The notes beneath the pieces are model-generated. The model had not been told where the DNA came from and ran no database searches. It saw only the letters and a list, made by a program, of their open reading frames with translations. DNA of 64,000 nt, from the NCBI GenBank assembly GCA_964035545.1, contig OZ037770.1, forward strand, positions 8,500,973 through 8,564,972, given 5' to 3'. The position numbers and the translations under genes are program-made. The DNA comes from Bugula neritina (taxonomy: Eukaryota > Animalia > Bryozoa). Shown here one piece after another: positions 39,601 to 49,787 of the stretch. The first letter of the stretch is position 1, and each line of letters opens with the position of its first letter.

Positions 39601-42600
39601 AAAGCTAAACTATGCCTCTACTGCAATTACAGTAACCATAGCACACATGAGTGTAGAAAACTGGCTAGCATACCAGTTGATCAAAAACAACAGTTCATTA
39701 CTAGTAAAAGATTATGCTTTGGTTGCTTGAGAATAGGTCACATGACAAAAGAATGCAGAAATAGAGCTACTTGTAAAATATGCCAAAAAAGGCATCCTAC
39801 TGTAACACATAGAAGCAATCAGCCAGCTACACAAGCTAACAACAGTAATACCAAAGTAGAAACAGTGCAGGTAAATGAAGTAGCAAGTAGCAACAACCCA
39901 GAGCAAGTAACAGCTAACAGCAACAATACAGTGGCTAAAACAAATGGCTTGTGCTCAATGGTTGTGCCTATATACCTAGCAACTGTAGATAACCCTAATG
40001 AGGAAGTGCTAACTTATGCACTCTTAGATAGCATGTCAGATACCACATTTGTAACTAACCAAGTTGTTAGTAAGCTAAAAACAGCTACAAGCAAACCAGT
40101 TTCTCTTAAACTAACAACAATGACAGCTGACAACTTGGAAATGAAGTGTAAGGTGTACAATAACTTGACCATTAGAGGACTGAACATGCATGAGCAGATA
40201 CAAGTAGGAAAGACTTACAGTAGGGACAGCATTCCAATTAACAAGCAGCACATACCCACACCAGAAATTGCCAATAGATGGCCACACCTTAAATGCATTG
40301 CAGGTGAAATACCTCAAAGTTTAGATATAGAGATAGGAATGCTTATAGGGTATGACAACTCCAGAGCTTTAGTGCCACTTGAAACTAAAATAGGCCCTGC
40401 AATCAATGATCCCTTTGCTCTGAGAACACCTCTAGGATGGTGTATTGTAGGCAATAGTGGTAAGCATGAAACAAACTCATTTCCCACATGCAATAGGGCT
40501 ATGGCTCATGAGCAGAACTTGAGTTCAGATATCTTGAATGTCCTACAGCAAGATTATACTGACACAAAGTACATTGGTACTCATAAAATGTCACAGGAAG
40601 ATGCCAAGTTTTTAGATAACATGCGCAACAATATTAAACAAAGAGAAGACAATTATTACAGCATGCCACTGCCGTTTAAAAATGCTAAGCCACAATTACC
40701 AAACAATAGACAATTAGCTGTGCACAGACTTGATACCCTCAAAACTAAAATGCTTAAAGACCAGAAATATCGAACAGATTACGTGGCATTCATGACAGAC
40801 ATAATAAACAATGGCGATGCAGAATTGGTACCTACAACTTGTGAGGCAAGCAATCATCAGTGGTACATTCCCCACTTTGGCGTGTACCATCCCAAAAAGA
40901 ACAAGATTAGAGTAGTTTTTGACTGCGCAGCAAAATTTAAGAACACAAGTCTCAATGATCACTTGATACAAGGACCAGACTTTATGAACAACCTAGTAGG
41001 AGTATTGCATAGATTCAGAAAAGGGCAAATAGCTGTAATGTGTGATATACAAAAAATGTTTCACATGTTCAAAGTACATGAGTCAGATAGAGACTACCTT
41101 AGATTTCTCTGGTTTAAAGACGAGACTATGACTGACATTGTTGAGTACCGCATGACAGTTCACTTATTTGGGGCTAAATCATCTCCTGCTTGTGCGACTT
41201 ACGGCTTAAGAACATTGGCTAGAGATCACGGGGACTCTGGTACTGACAGTGACAAACAGGCAGTGAACTTTATTGAAAATGACTTTTATGTAGATGACGG
41301 ACTAATGAGCCTAGACTCACACGAACAAATAGTCAGTGTAATCAAGAGTGCAATTAATATATGTGCCAAGGGAAATGTAAGACTCCATAAGTTTGTATCC
41401 AATGACCAAGCAGTTCTAGCCACAATACCTGAATCTGAACATGCTGAAACAATGAAAGATTTAAACTTAAACACAGATATGCCAGTAGAACGTGTGCTAG
41501 GTGTTCATTGGTGCATAAAAAATGATGAATTTCAGTTCAAAGCTAGCATGAAAGAGAAACCACATACTAGAAGAGGCGTTTTGTCTACAATAGCCTCGGT
41601 TTTTGATCCCTTAGGGTTCCTCTCACCAGTTATTCTAATTGGAAATAACATTTTGCAAGAAATGTGCAAAGACAAAGCTGATTGGGATGATGCACTAAAA
41701 CCAGAACTAGAAAACAGTTGGGTAACATGGCAAAGAGAATTAGCAGAACTGCCTCAAATAAAAATTCCAAGATGCTTGAAACCTAAAAGCCTAAGTACTA
41801 TCAGACTAACAGAGCTACATCACTTTTGTGATGCCAGTAACAATGGTTTGGGTCAATGCACTTATCTGAGACTAGTTGATGTAAATGACAACATACACTG
41901 CACATTGCTTTCTGCAAAATCTAGGGTTGCATCAATAAAGCCTATAACAATGCCAAGAGCAGAGTTAATGGCAGCTGTACTATCCTCAAAAATGTCCACT
42001 GTAGTAACCACAGAATTAGCAATGCCTATAACAAATGAATATTTCTGGACTGATTCTAAAGTAGTCTTGGGCTACATACACAACACAACTAAGAAATTTC
42101 AACCATTTGTAGCAAACAGGGTACAACAAATTCTATCCAAAAGCAAAGCAGCACAATGGAATTACATCAACACAAGCATAAATCCAGCAGATATAGCATC
42201 CAGAGGTGCTAGTATCAAAAAGCTACTCAGTACAGACTGGTTCCAAGGACCAAAATTTTTATGGCAGCCAGATTTATCACATATGTTGAATACAGACAGT
42301 AACTATGAGATAGATTCCTCCGACCCAGAGGTCAAATTATGTTTACAAACCAACACAGAGCCTCAATCTAAGTGCTCATTAGAGCAACACCTAAGCAGAT
42401 TCTCAGACCTAAAAAATGCTATCAAAGCAGTAAGTGCAGCCAAAAGATTGGTAAAGCATAAAGGTAGCATAACTCCCAGACTCACAATTGATGACTTGAC
42501 AGATGCTAAACATCTAATAATGCAGTGGGTACAAAAAGAGTCATTTTCAGATGAATATTGCAGGCTAAGTAAAGACAAATGTGTAAGTAAAGATAGTAAA

Positions 42601-45182
42601 CTAGCAAAGCTAGATCCATTTCTAGACAAACATGGCTTGATACGTGTAGGAGGACGACTCCGAGATTCACAGTTGAACTATAATGAAAAGCACCCAGTAA
42701 TGTTACCAAGCAACTCACATGTAACCAAACTTGTGATTAAACAGTGCCATGAGAAGGTTGCACATCAAGGAAAGAATTTGACAATTAGTGAAATTAAGTC
42801 TACAGGCTATTACATTATAGGAATCTCAAGAGTAGTAAGCTCTTACATTCACCAATGCATAACATGTAGAAAACAAAGACATGCTCCAATGACCCAAAAG
42901 ATGGCAGACTTGCCAGTAGAAAGAGTTGAACCAGCTCCACCATTTACCTATGTAGGATGTGACGTGTTTGGACCATTTATTGTAAAGGATAGGAGAGCAG
43001 AATTAAAGAAATACGGTCTAATATTTACATGCATGGCCTCACGGGCAATTCACTTAGAAATATTAGATGACATGACTACAGATGCTTTCATAAATGCACT
43101 GCGGTGCCTCATTGCTATTAGGGGACCTATCAGACAACTTAGATCAGACTGTGGCACAAATTTTGTTGGCGCATTTAAAGAACTCAAGTCAAACCAAACA
43201 AGAATCCAGTCTTTTGCAAGGGAAAACGATTTAGACTTTGTTACAAATGTACCGAGTGCCAGCCATATGGGTGGTGTATGGGAGAGACAAATACGAAGTG
43301 TTAGAAATGTGCTAAACTCCATGTTAGATATGCATAAAACCAGGCTAGACTCAACAACATTGAGAACATTTTTTTATGAAGCAATGGCCATAGTAAATGG
43401 TAGACCTCTTAACACACTAGATGATGGTAATACACCACTAACACCAAATCAACTCTTGACAATGAAATCAAAGCATGTACCACCGCCACCAGGACAATTT
43501 GACCAAAATGATATGTACTCCAATAAAAGATGGAGACAAGTTCAAAGCCTAGCTAACTCGTTCTGGACAAAATGGAAAACACAGTATTTACACAATCTTC
43601 AGGGAAGGCAAAAGTGGCATAAGCCGCAATCAAATATTCGCAAAGGTGACATAGTACTTGTCAAAAATGAAAATACACATAGGAACGAATGGCCCATAGC
43701 TAGAGTGATAGAAACACATAAAACTAGAGATGACTTAATTCGTAAGGTAAAGGTGCAACTAGCAACTACAGAGTTGAACAGTAAAGGTGTGAGACTAGCT
43801 CCACCCACATACTTAGATAGGCCTATCCACAAATTAATTTACCTATTTACCCCATAACCTTTGCATGCATACCTATATTAGTATTTTAGCTTAGTATTTT
43901 AAATGCATAATAATATAATTGTTAATTCCCTCTAAGTGAATAGAGAGAAATTAAAGGGGGGAGTGTAATGTTACGAAATAGGATGTTTACAGATATTATA
44001 ACTTGTAGTACAATCACACACAATCACAATGTCATTAACCTCAAATTAGCCTAACCACTAGCTGCTAGTAGTCTACCTAATGCTTCTTTAATCCTACCCC
44101 AAAATAGTAAATTGTAAAATCATACCTCCTACAACACAATAATGTTTATCAAATGGATTAGTATATAAGACAAAACCATTTTTAGTAGTTGCAATATTGT
44201 TAGAGTCATGCTGTCAGTTTGGACAGCATCAAATTTATGTAAGACTACTAAAGAGTAGCATTATTTGAAAGACTGTGCAAAGCCACAGCATTAACATAAC
44301 AGTAGACTAGGAGAGAGAGAAAAGAGGTAATGAACATCTATTTACAATTATATATCGTTATTACATTTTTATGTTATAAAGTTTTTAATAATATGGGCTG
44401 TAGTTGCATGCTATGTTGAATCATTATTTCATGCTGCTATCTACAATTTATGATATACATTGCTAGTGCTTTTACATACATACTTATTATATTACGTACA
44501 TTTTGTTTGCCTTATGCCTTATGTTGTATCATTATTATTTTAGTTTTTACGGTCAGTGTTTGGTCAGTATTTGGTGACTCAAATAAACTCTGATCACGTC
44601 TAAAACCCTCCCTATTCCTAGTCAGGCTGTATAAGCTAGAGTGTCACTCTAAAGCAAGAGTCATAGCAAAGAGTGTCATTCTATAACTTTCTTTGCCACT
44701 GAATGTACCATGAGAAGTTAAAAGGAACATGCACATTCCAAAATCATTAAAGTGTTTAACAAGTTAATCACAAACTTTTTTATTTAGAGTTTAGTCTGTG
44801 GACAACCATTATCATGTGAGCTTGCTACTCACACATATAAAGTCTACTCTGAAGAATTATCTTTTCATGTGGCAGAAGTGTGGCCAGTATATGCTGATTT
44901 AATGACATTTAACAAAAACAAAGCCTATAATAGTAGTTTATGATAGGACAACATATGTGTACACTCATAAATGCAAATAATTATGTTCATGCTAGTATTA
45001 AGGGTAACAGCCTAAGTGAAGATTTACAAGCTTAAGTTTTCAACATTATATCATGCAATGACTTGACACAACAATACATGTACTTACATGGGACTCTCTG
45101 GAACACAGCTGTATGTAGGAGAACCTGTACAATGTGTTACCATGGCAACAAGGATCAACAATTCAACAATTATTCCTGCCAT
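33225..45182 (-). CDS. Secreted cysteine-rich modular peptide/protein of unrecognised family (exons 45182-45088, [36714-36673 + ~35380-35306, tentative and disrupted], 34934-34827, 34309-34166, 33691-33584, 33433-33353, 33240-33225)
   Basis: Exon 1 MAGIIVELLILVAMVTHCTG-SPTYSCVPESP has a signal peptide. Symmetric phase-2 exons encode FDLARCSAPGCHPDAPGCV...YSCHPDS, YDSAKC...DCHPDDTDCV...YSCDPNS and YNPSMC...GCHLDDAR. Ends CLFG*. Canonical GT-AG sites. Confidence 0.7.
35415..35460 (-). mobile_element. Truncated PLE-type terminus (partial hammerhead), inverted, left flank of the TNRC6 fragment
   Basis: Minus strand ATGA-gagg-tcaaa-cccc-GAAA-cagccgctg-TA-cacagattgaga then (AT). Homologous to 32258-32305. 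Confidence 0.85.
35467..36579 (+). pseudogene. TNRC6: Intronless retrocopy fragment of TNRC6/GW182 (Q-rich/M region, CIM-1, PAM2, M2, first strand of the RRM); ORF still open
   Basis: LVRQLEIAINTGVI...MLNVPL...IHQLLQL (M-domain-like); SQSRLGIW (CIM-1-like); EFVPGVPW..KVEDDPNITPDSV (TNRC6 PAM2); RPPP; scattered GW/SW motifs; WLLLR (RRM start). No introns over 1.1 kb. GC-rich relative to the flanks. Confidence 0.8.
36580..36620 (+). mobile_element. Truncated PLE-type terminus (partial hammerhead), right flank of the TNRC6 fragment
   Basis: ggggacaaatccc-GAAA-cagctgctg-TC-cacagattgagat then (AT)n to 36672. Confidence 0.85.
36855..44685 (+). mobile_element. Full-length BEL/Pao LTR retrotransposon
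   Basis: 722-bp LTRs (36855-37576, 43964-44685), 5-bp TSD ACTTT, polypurine tract aaaggggggag before the 3' LTR, single intact polyprotein. Confidence 0.96.
38176..43857 (+). CDS. BEL/Pao Gag-Pol polyprotein, 1893 aa
   Basis: Three zinc knuckles (CLYC..H..C, CFGC...H...C, CKIC..HP..H), protease ALLDSMSD, RT WYIPH/RVVFDC/YVDDG, RNase H HHFCDAS/FWTDS/NPADIASRG, integrase DVFGP/SDCGTNF/GGVWER. Confidence 0.96.
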   Translation: MNDDTSTCSNSIRISSRVKTLSTKGKQLEVEKRFKSVTSAIKRFRSRHAATDNHDNEFWDDIQRIMLDADADLAILKSLAPSHPHLEDLTQQINSIHEQCKGESHSVHASSKHTSKASSFISAKTKLQVAQLEIEMEAMQRQAELERQLANVQLELSKSKLLEKQKQLRIRQEIIEEHDVDVRDELAEYLDNCQPIVNQESNSEVIFSRPVEVLQSNQPQQIGSMQNNESQHSTCSNEYLATCLTKAIQANNVPKPPIFKGNPLDFIDWEYAIESYIKDKMIGDGGKMYVLKQHVDGPAREAISGLCSLHTLAAYQKARIILKERFGSEFTVANEFRKKINAWPKMKPHEHKQIQSFSDFLTHCEIAAKDIKELEILNDCEKNLELMSKLPDNMINRWKREVTTHRKNHRSYPSFSQFVKFVQTEAEILNDPITSSLSGSRVIDSHKPQKHNNKGISFATSIEKHSPDVKSTENHKAKLCLYCNYSNHSTHECRKLASIPVDQKQQFITSKRLCFGCLRIGHMTKECRNRATCKICQKRHPTVTHRSNQPATQANNSNTKVETVQVNEVASSNNPEQVTANSNNTVAKTNGLCSMVVPIYLATVDNPNEEVLTYALLDSMSDTTFVTNQVVSKLKTATSKPVSLKLTTMTADNLEMKCKVYNNLTIRGLNMHEQIQVGKTYSRDSIPINKQHIPTPEIANRWPHLKCIAGEIPQSLDIEIGMLIGYDNSRALVPLETKIGPAINDPFALRTPLGWCIVGNSGKHETNSFPTCNRAMAHEQNLSSDILNVLQQDYTDTKYIGTHKMSQEDAKFLDNMRNNIKQREDNYYSMPLPFKNAKPQLPNNRQLAVHRLDTLKTKMLKDQKYRTDYVAFMTDIINNGDAELVPTTCEASNHQWYIPHFGVYHPKKNKIRVVFDCAAKFKNTSLNDHLIQGPDFMNNLVGVLHRFRKGQIAVMCDIQKMFHMFKVHESDRDYLRFLWFKDETMTDIVEYRMTVHLFGAKSSPACATYGLRTLARDHGDSGTDSDKQAVNFIENDFYVDDGLMSLDSHEQIVSVIKSAINICAKGNVRLHKFVSNDQAVLATIPESEHAETMKDLNLNTDMPVERVLGVHWCIKNDEFQFKASMKEKPHTRRGVLSTIASVFDPLGFLSPVILIGNNILQEMCKDKADWDDALKPELENSWVTWQRELAELPQIKIPRCLKPKSLSTIRLTELHHFCDASNNGLGQCTYLRLVDVNDNIHCTLLSAKSRVASIKPITMPRAELMAAVLSSKMSTVVTTELAMPITNEYFWTDSKVVLGYIHNTTKKFQPFVANRVQQILSKSKAAQWNYINTSINPADIASRGASIKKLLSTDWFQGPKFLWQPDLSHMLNTDSNYEIDSSDPEVKLCLQTNTEPQSKCSLEQHLSRFSDLKNAIKAVSAAKRLVKHKGSITPRLTIDDLTDAKHLIMQWVQKESFSDEYCRLSKDKCVSKDSKLAKLDPFLDKHGLIRVGGRLRDSQLNYNEKHPVMLPSNSHVTKLVIKQCHEKVAHQGKNLTISEIKSTGYYIIGISRVVSSYIHQCITCRKQRHAPMTQKMADLPVERVEPAPPFTYVGCDVFGPFIVKDRRAELKKYGLIFTCMASRAIHLEILDDMTTDAFINALRCLIAIRGPIRQLRSDCGTNFVGAFKELKSNQTRIQSFARENDLDFVTNVPSASHMGGVWERQIRSVRNVLNSMLDMHKTRLDSTTLRTFFYEAMAIVNGRPLNTLDDGNTPLTPNQLLTMKSKHVPPPPGQFDQNDMYSNKRWRQVQSLANSFWTKWKTQYLHNLQGRQKWHKPQSNIRKGDIVLVKNENTHRNEWPIARVIETHKTRDDLIRKVKVQLATTELNSKGVRLAPPTYLDRPIHKLIYLFTP

Positions 45183-45710
45183 GTTTGGTAAGCTTCTCAA
45201 ATTAAAATATAAAGAAATAAGTTTACCATACTAGATATAATGTATGTTATATAACTAATTGGCATGATGGGAACTTGGTGTGAACTGCCATATGTTATTA
45301 TAATGTAGCATACACAACTTGTTTTGTAGCGCGAGACTATGGTATTAGTAGAGTAGTAACAATATTACAAACTTAATTAATTTCAAACTTGTAACATAAT
45401 TTAGAAAATAACTATTAATAGATGATATGAACTGAATTTGTCAGGGAAAAGTCCCTTAAAATAATGTGCAACTTGTATTACAAAGTGTAGTGAGGTTTTC
45501 ATCTTCACCCAAAACATGTTTTTAGATTCTTCTAGTGAGCTTCAATTCAATAATTTGAAATCATAGTTTTAAGCTGTTATGGAAACAGATAGGTTAAAAA
45601 TGAGTGCAACATACACTCTGCACAATTACTCAGGATGCTTATATAATAGTTTAATAGACACCATGAAATTTGATATGTGAAACGGTAAATTATAATAAGG
45701 ATTGCAAGCC

Positions 45711-45817
<107 letters not shown>

Positions 45818-46134
45818 GTATAGATCCGTGAAACATATAAGCTGCTGATGTTGGATGTATATTTTGCTAATGTCTACTAACATTTAATATTAGAACCGTT
45901 TAATAATATTATTGACATAATATTATATAGATGTGCAAAGTCTTTAGCTTGATTGGAAGCAGCGTTAGCAAATGTAAGATTTCCTCCTCCCTGTAGACAA
46001 CTTACTATTATAGCTCGATTTAATAAACCTGATTGAAATAACATTTTTCATTTGAATTACTATAGAATAATGAATATATATATAATATATACAACTATAT
46101 TTATATATCAATATGCAAACATGTTTATTTATCG

Positions 46135-46350
46135 AGGAGCAGCCGTGGTGTAAGGGTTAGAGTGTGTGCTTAGTAAACACTAAGTCATGGATTAGAGCCC
46201 TACACTTAAGGTCATTGGTGATGTTAGGAAGAGCATCCAGTCATCATTGCTGCTGTGCCCCATCTGAATAAGTTCTTAGCTCGATTTAACAAAAGCTCTT
46301 TCTATCAGGGGTTTCTCACAGGAATGTCGATTATAACCTTGTGCGAGTTT
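46135..46350 (+). mobile_element. tRNA-derived SINE copy
   Basis: A-box-like gtggtgtaagggttag, degenerate B-box, and a body (gtgatgttaggaagagcatccag) shared with 3880-4058, ~52640-52670 and ~58200-58360. Confidence 0.62.
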
Positions 46351-46552
46351 TGTATGTTTACATATCACTATATAAATATGTTTATGTATCATCATATAAA
46401 GAAATTACCATAACAATATATTTTGAACAACTATATTATAGACCATTATCATATATAGGCTACTCATATTATTGTTTATGAAAAAAAGAAGGGATATTTC
46501 AGTTAGCTTACAATTCTTATAGCTACGTTTGTTTACCGTTGTTTCTGCTATA

Positions 46553-47900
46553 GGGGTAACGGGAGGGGGGGGCACAACGGGCCGAATTTTGCATTTTTTG
46601 CTCTCATTTGTCTATTTTTTAAGTTACTAGTTCAATAATCTCTAGTCTTAATGCTGCATCTGTTGTCTATTACAGGTATCAGTTTGTTGTTTCTATCTCT
46701 CTTACAACTTTCAGAATAATGAAATTTTCATGACGAAAGAATTGGCCCATTGTGCCCCGGTACCGGGGTACAATGGGCCACTGGGTGGGACACAACGAAT
46801 ATATTGAAACTTTGCAGGTTTTGTTACATCTGATTTTTATTTATTTAATATTACAAATGAATAAACATATTCTTTCATATTTAAAGCAAAATTCATGTTT
46901 TAACTGTACAGTTTGTGCCACCACGGATAGCAGAGGAAGGCAAAATCAAACGCACATTACTCGGTTCTACGGTGCCATTATCATTACTGTTTAGAACTAA
47001 AAACATTTTTTATTTACACTTCAGAAAAACTTTTATCAGAAAAAAAACTTTAGTAACATGTGCTACAAAATTTTGAGTGGACTTTTTTCTATGAACTGTA
47101 GCTAAGGTGCATGGCTTCGGTTTATGGCTGGAGTACGGAAAGGAGAGGGGGGGGGAGCGAATAAGCAAATCACAATTTATTTTAGTCAAATACATGTATA
47201 TTCCCTCAATGATATAATGTATAATGAATATTATGACTATCTACTAGTAGCAAAAGCAGAGTGTTTTGTATTATGTATAAAATAGCATAGCTTTAACCTC
47301 ACCAGATGTATATATTAGGGGAGCTTCACCTTGTAGTTTTGTAGTCTTACCATGATGTCTTTGATATTTTACAAAAAGGTCAGAAATGGCTATATCTTTA
47401 GATTTTATTAACATTTCAACCAGATTTTTGGGCAAACAAACCAATAACAGTGATCAGGGTACAATAATCAGGTGGCCCATTGTGCCCTGGTCAGCGTGGC
47501 CCATTGTGCCCCGGTCAGCGTGGCCCATTGTGCCCCGTGTGGCCAAATTGAACATAAATGTGCCTCAAGGAAAATTTATTTTAGAGTTTGCTGTTATACT
47601 AGTTAGGCAATGTAGAGACAAGCAATGGCAACAATATCAGTAAAATCTAGGCTTGTTGCCTTTGAGTGTAAAAAGTTATAAAGCCTTAACGACATCTTAA
47701 AAAATTTACAAAAAGTAAGTAAAAACAGTTTTTCACTCGCCTTTTCAACATGTATGTTCCGCAAGTGTTGAAACTACAATGGCTGAATATTTATGTCAAT
47801 ACCTTTTTATAAAAAAAAAATCACAACTCTAAGTCAATAAGTTCTCTCACAATTTGGCCGGCTTTTCGTACCCCTATGACCGTTGTGCCCCTGTTACCCC
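46553..47900. mobile_element. Non-autonomous Tc1/mariner-superfamily element
   Basis: TIR ggggtaac...ggggcacaacgg / ccgttgtgcccctgttacccc, TA on both sides. Internal copies of ggcccattgtgcccc (three tandem at ~47474-47537). Confidence 0.78.
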
Positions 47901-48407
47901 TACTAATCAAGTTTTATGTTGTTTATCATAGTACACCAACTATTTTGTGCAACTCATTCGTATTAAAAGTGTATGATGTGGACATGGGCTGATCTTGAAC
48001 TGCATGTATATTACATTATAGTATACAGAAAATATGTGCAACCAGTTTTAAAAACTCGATCTATAGAATAATTTTGATATCCCAATATTCCAAATCATTT
48101 ACTACAAGCAGCACAAAGGTGGCAGTTGTACACAGAGCTTAAGTCAGCCAGAAGGTCATCTCACTCCTATAAGAAAAATTTTTCACGTTTCCTGGTCTAA
48201 AGAGAACAACTCTGACCCAGAGAGATGGTTTAATGTGACCACATTTATATTCCATTCATCCATTTGAGTATTAAAACTATTGGCAAACCAAGTCGATAGT
48301 TTTACCCAATCAGAGAGTTATTAGTTAAGTGAACAAGAACTTGATAAGTCAAACTCAGCTCTGTTATGTACTTAATGCAAGTCTTGTTTTATTACTGGTC
48401 AATAAAA

Positions 48408-49026
48408 TACAGTGCTCCCTCCATATCTCACTAAGCTATACAATGCTCCATCCATATCTCACTAAGCTATACAGTACTCTCTCCATATCTCACTAAGCTA
48501 TACAATGCTCCATCCATATCTCACTAAGCTACACAGTGCTCCCTCCATATCTCACTAAGCTATACAGTGTTCCCTCCATATCTCACTAAGCTACACAGTG
48601 CTCCCTCCATATCTCACTAAGCTATACAGTGCTCCCTCCATATCTCACTAAGCTATACAGTGCTCTCTCCATATCTCACTAAGCTATACAGTGTTCCCTC
48701 CATATCTCACTAAGCTACACAGTGCTCCCTCCATATCTCACTAAGCTATACAGTGCTCCCTCCATATCTCACTAAACTATACAGTGCTCCCTCCATATCT
48801 CACTAAGCTATACAGTACTCCCTCCATATCTCACTAAGCTATACAGTGCTCCCTCCATATCTCACTGAGCTATACAGCGCTCCCTCCATATCTCACTAAG
48901 CTATACAGTGCTCCTTCCATATCTCACTAAGCTACACAGTGCTCCCTCCATATCTCACTGAGCTGCACAGTGCTCCCTCCATATCTCACTAAGCTATACA
49001 GTGCTCCCTCCATATCTCACTAAGCT
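48408..49026. repeat. 31-bp minisatellite, ~20 copies (tacagtgctccctccatatctcactaagcta)
   Basis: Direct inspection. The monomer equals the left end of a TA-flanked MITE whose right TIR is 49161-49181. Confidence 0.93.
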
Positions 49027-49787
49027 GGAGGTTCTAAAACGCGACAGAATAGGTACCAAATTTAACTCACGAATCTATTACATTGAGCCATTGTGTCCTT
49101 ATACACGCATACATAAGCCACAAAATGAGATCTAACCCTTTTCTGTGAGAAATGGAACCATGAGATATGGAGAGAGCACTGTAATTCTTATTACCATGTT
49201 GAATAATAATAAAATAATAGATAAAGTTAGAACTGATTTTATAGTATAATTGCTGAGATGTTTTGTATAACAAATCTCCATTGATCAAACAAATACAATA
49301 TAAAAATATGGATAAATAAATGCATAAACTGCACACAAAAGTAAACAATTTACACAGCATAAACCTGCCATGAATGGTACAGTATGCTGGAACAATGATT
49401 TTAAAACATAATAACTGCTATAATACAAGTATGTGCTCAGATCTGCATTATACAAAAGAATGTACATCCTCTACATATGACATGACGACCAGATATCAAC
49501 TTAGAAGTTAACTAGTGTACTGTGATTCTGACTGGCTACCATAACTATACACTCATTCAGTGATTGTTCTAGTTAGAAATATGTTGCTATGGTTTAAGCA
49601 GCATGCAGAAACTTACATAATTTCATGTTAATGTGTTATAAAATGTTGCCTTGAAAGACATCCTATCACTTCTCAATATTAAAAACATTATTTAAGATTG
49701 AACATGAAGTACATTCACAATGCAGGAAGTATCACATGTTAAATGAGATCAATAGTCCTAGGCCCATAATGCAATATACACGAGAGT

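Noticed and set aside
38427-43832. Minus-strand ORFs within the BEL element
   Set aside because: Short antisense shadows of the polyprotein with no motifs.
46135-46215. tRNA gene
   Set aside because: Degenerate B-box and cloverleaf, followed by a shared repeat body, so it is a SINE head.
48408-49026. 31-bp repeat array as a CRISPR
   Set aside because: Repeats are head-to-tail with no unique spacers, there are no cas genes, the context is eukaryotic, and the monomer is a MITE terminus.
49195-49245. Signal-peptide-like frame (IKSVLTLSIILLLFNM) as first exon of the Cys-rich gene
   Set aside because: No ATG and the wrong phase; 45182-45088 provides a proper ATG, signal peptide and matching module.
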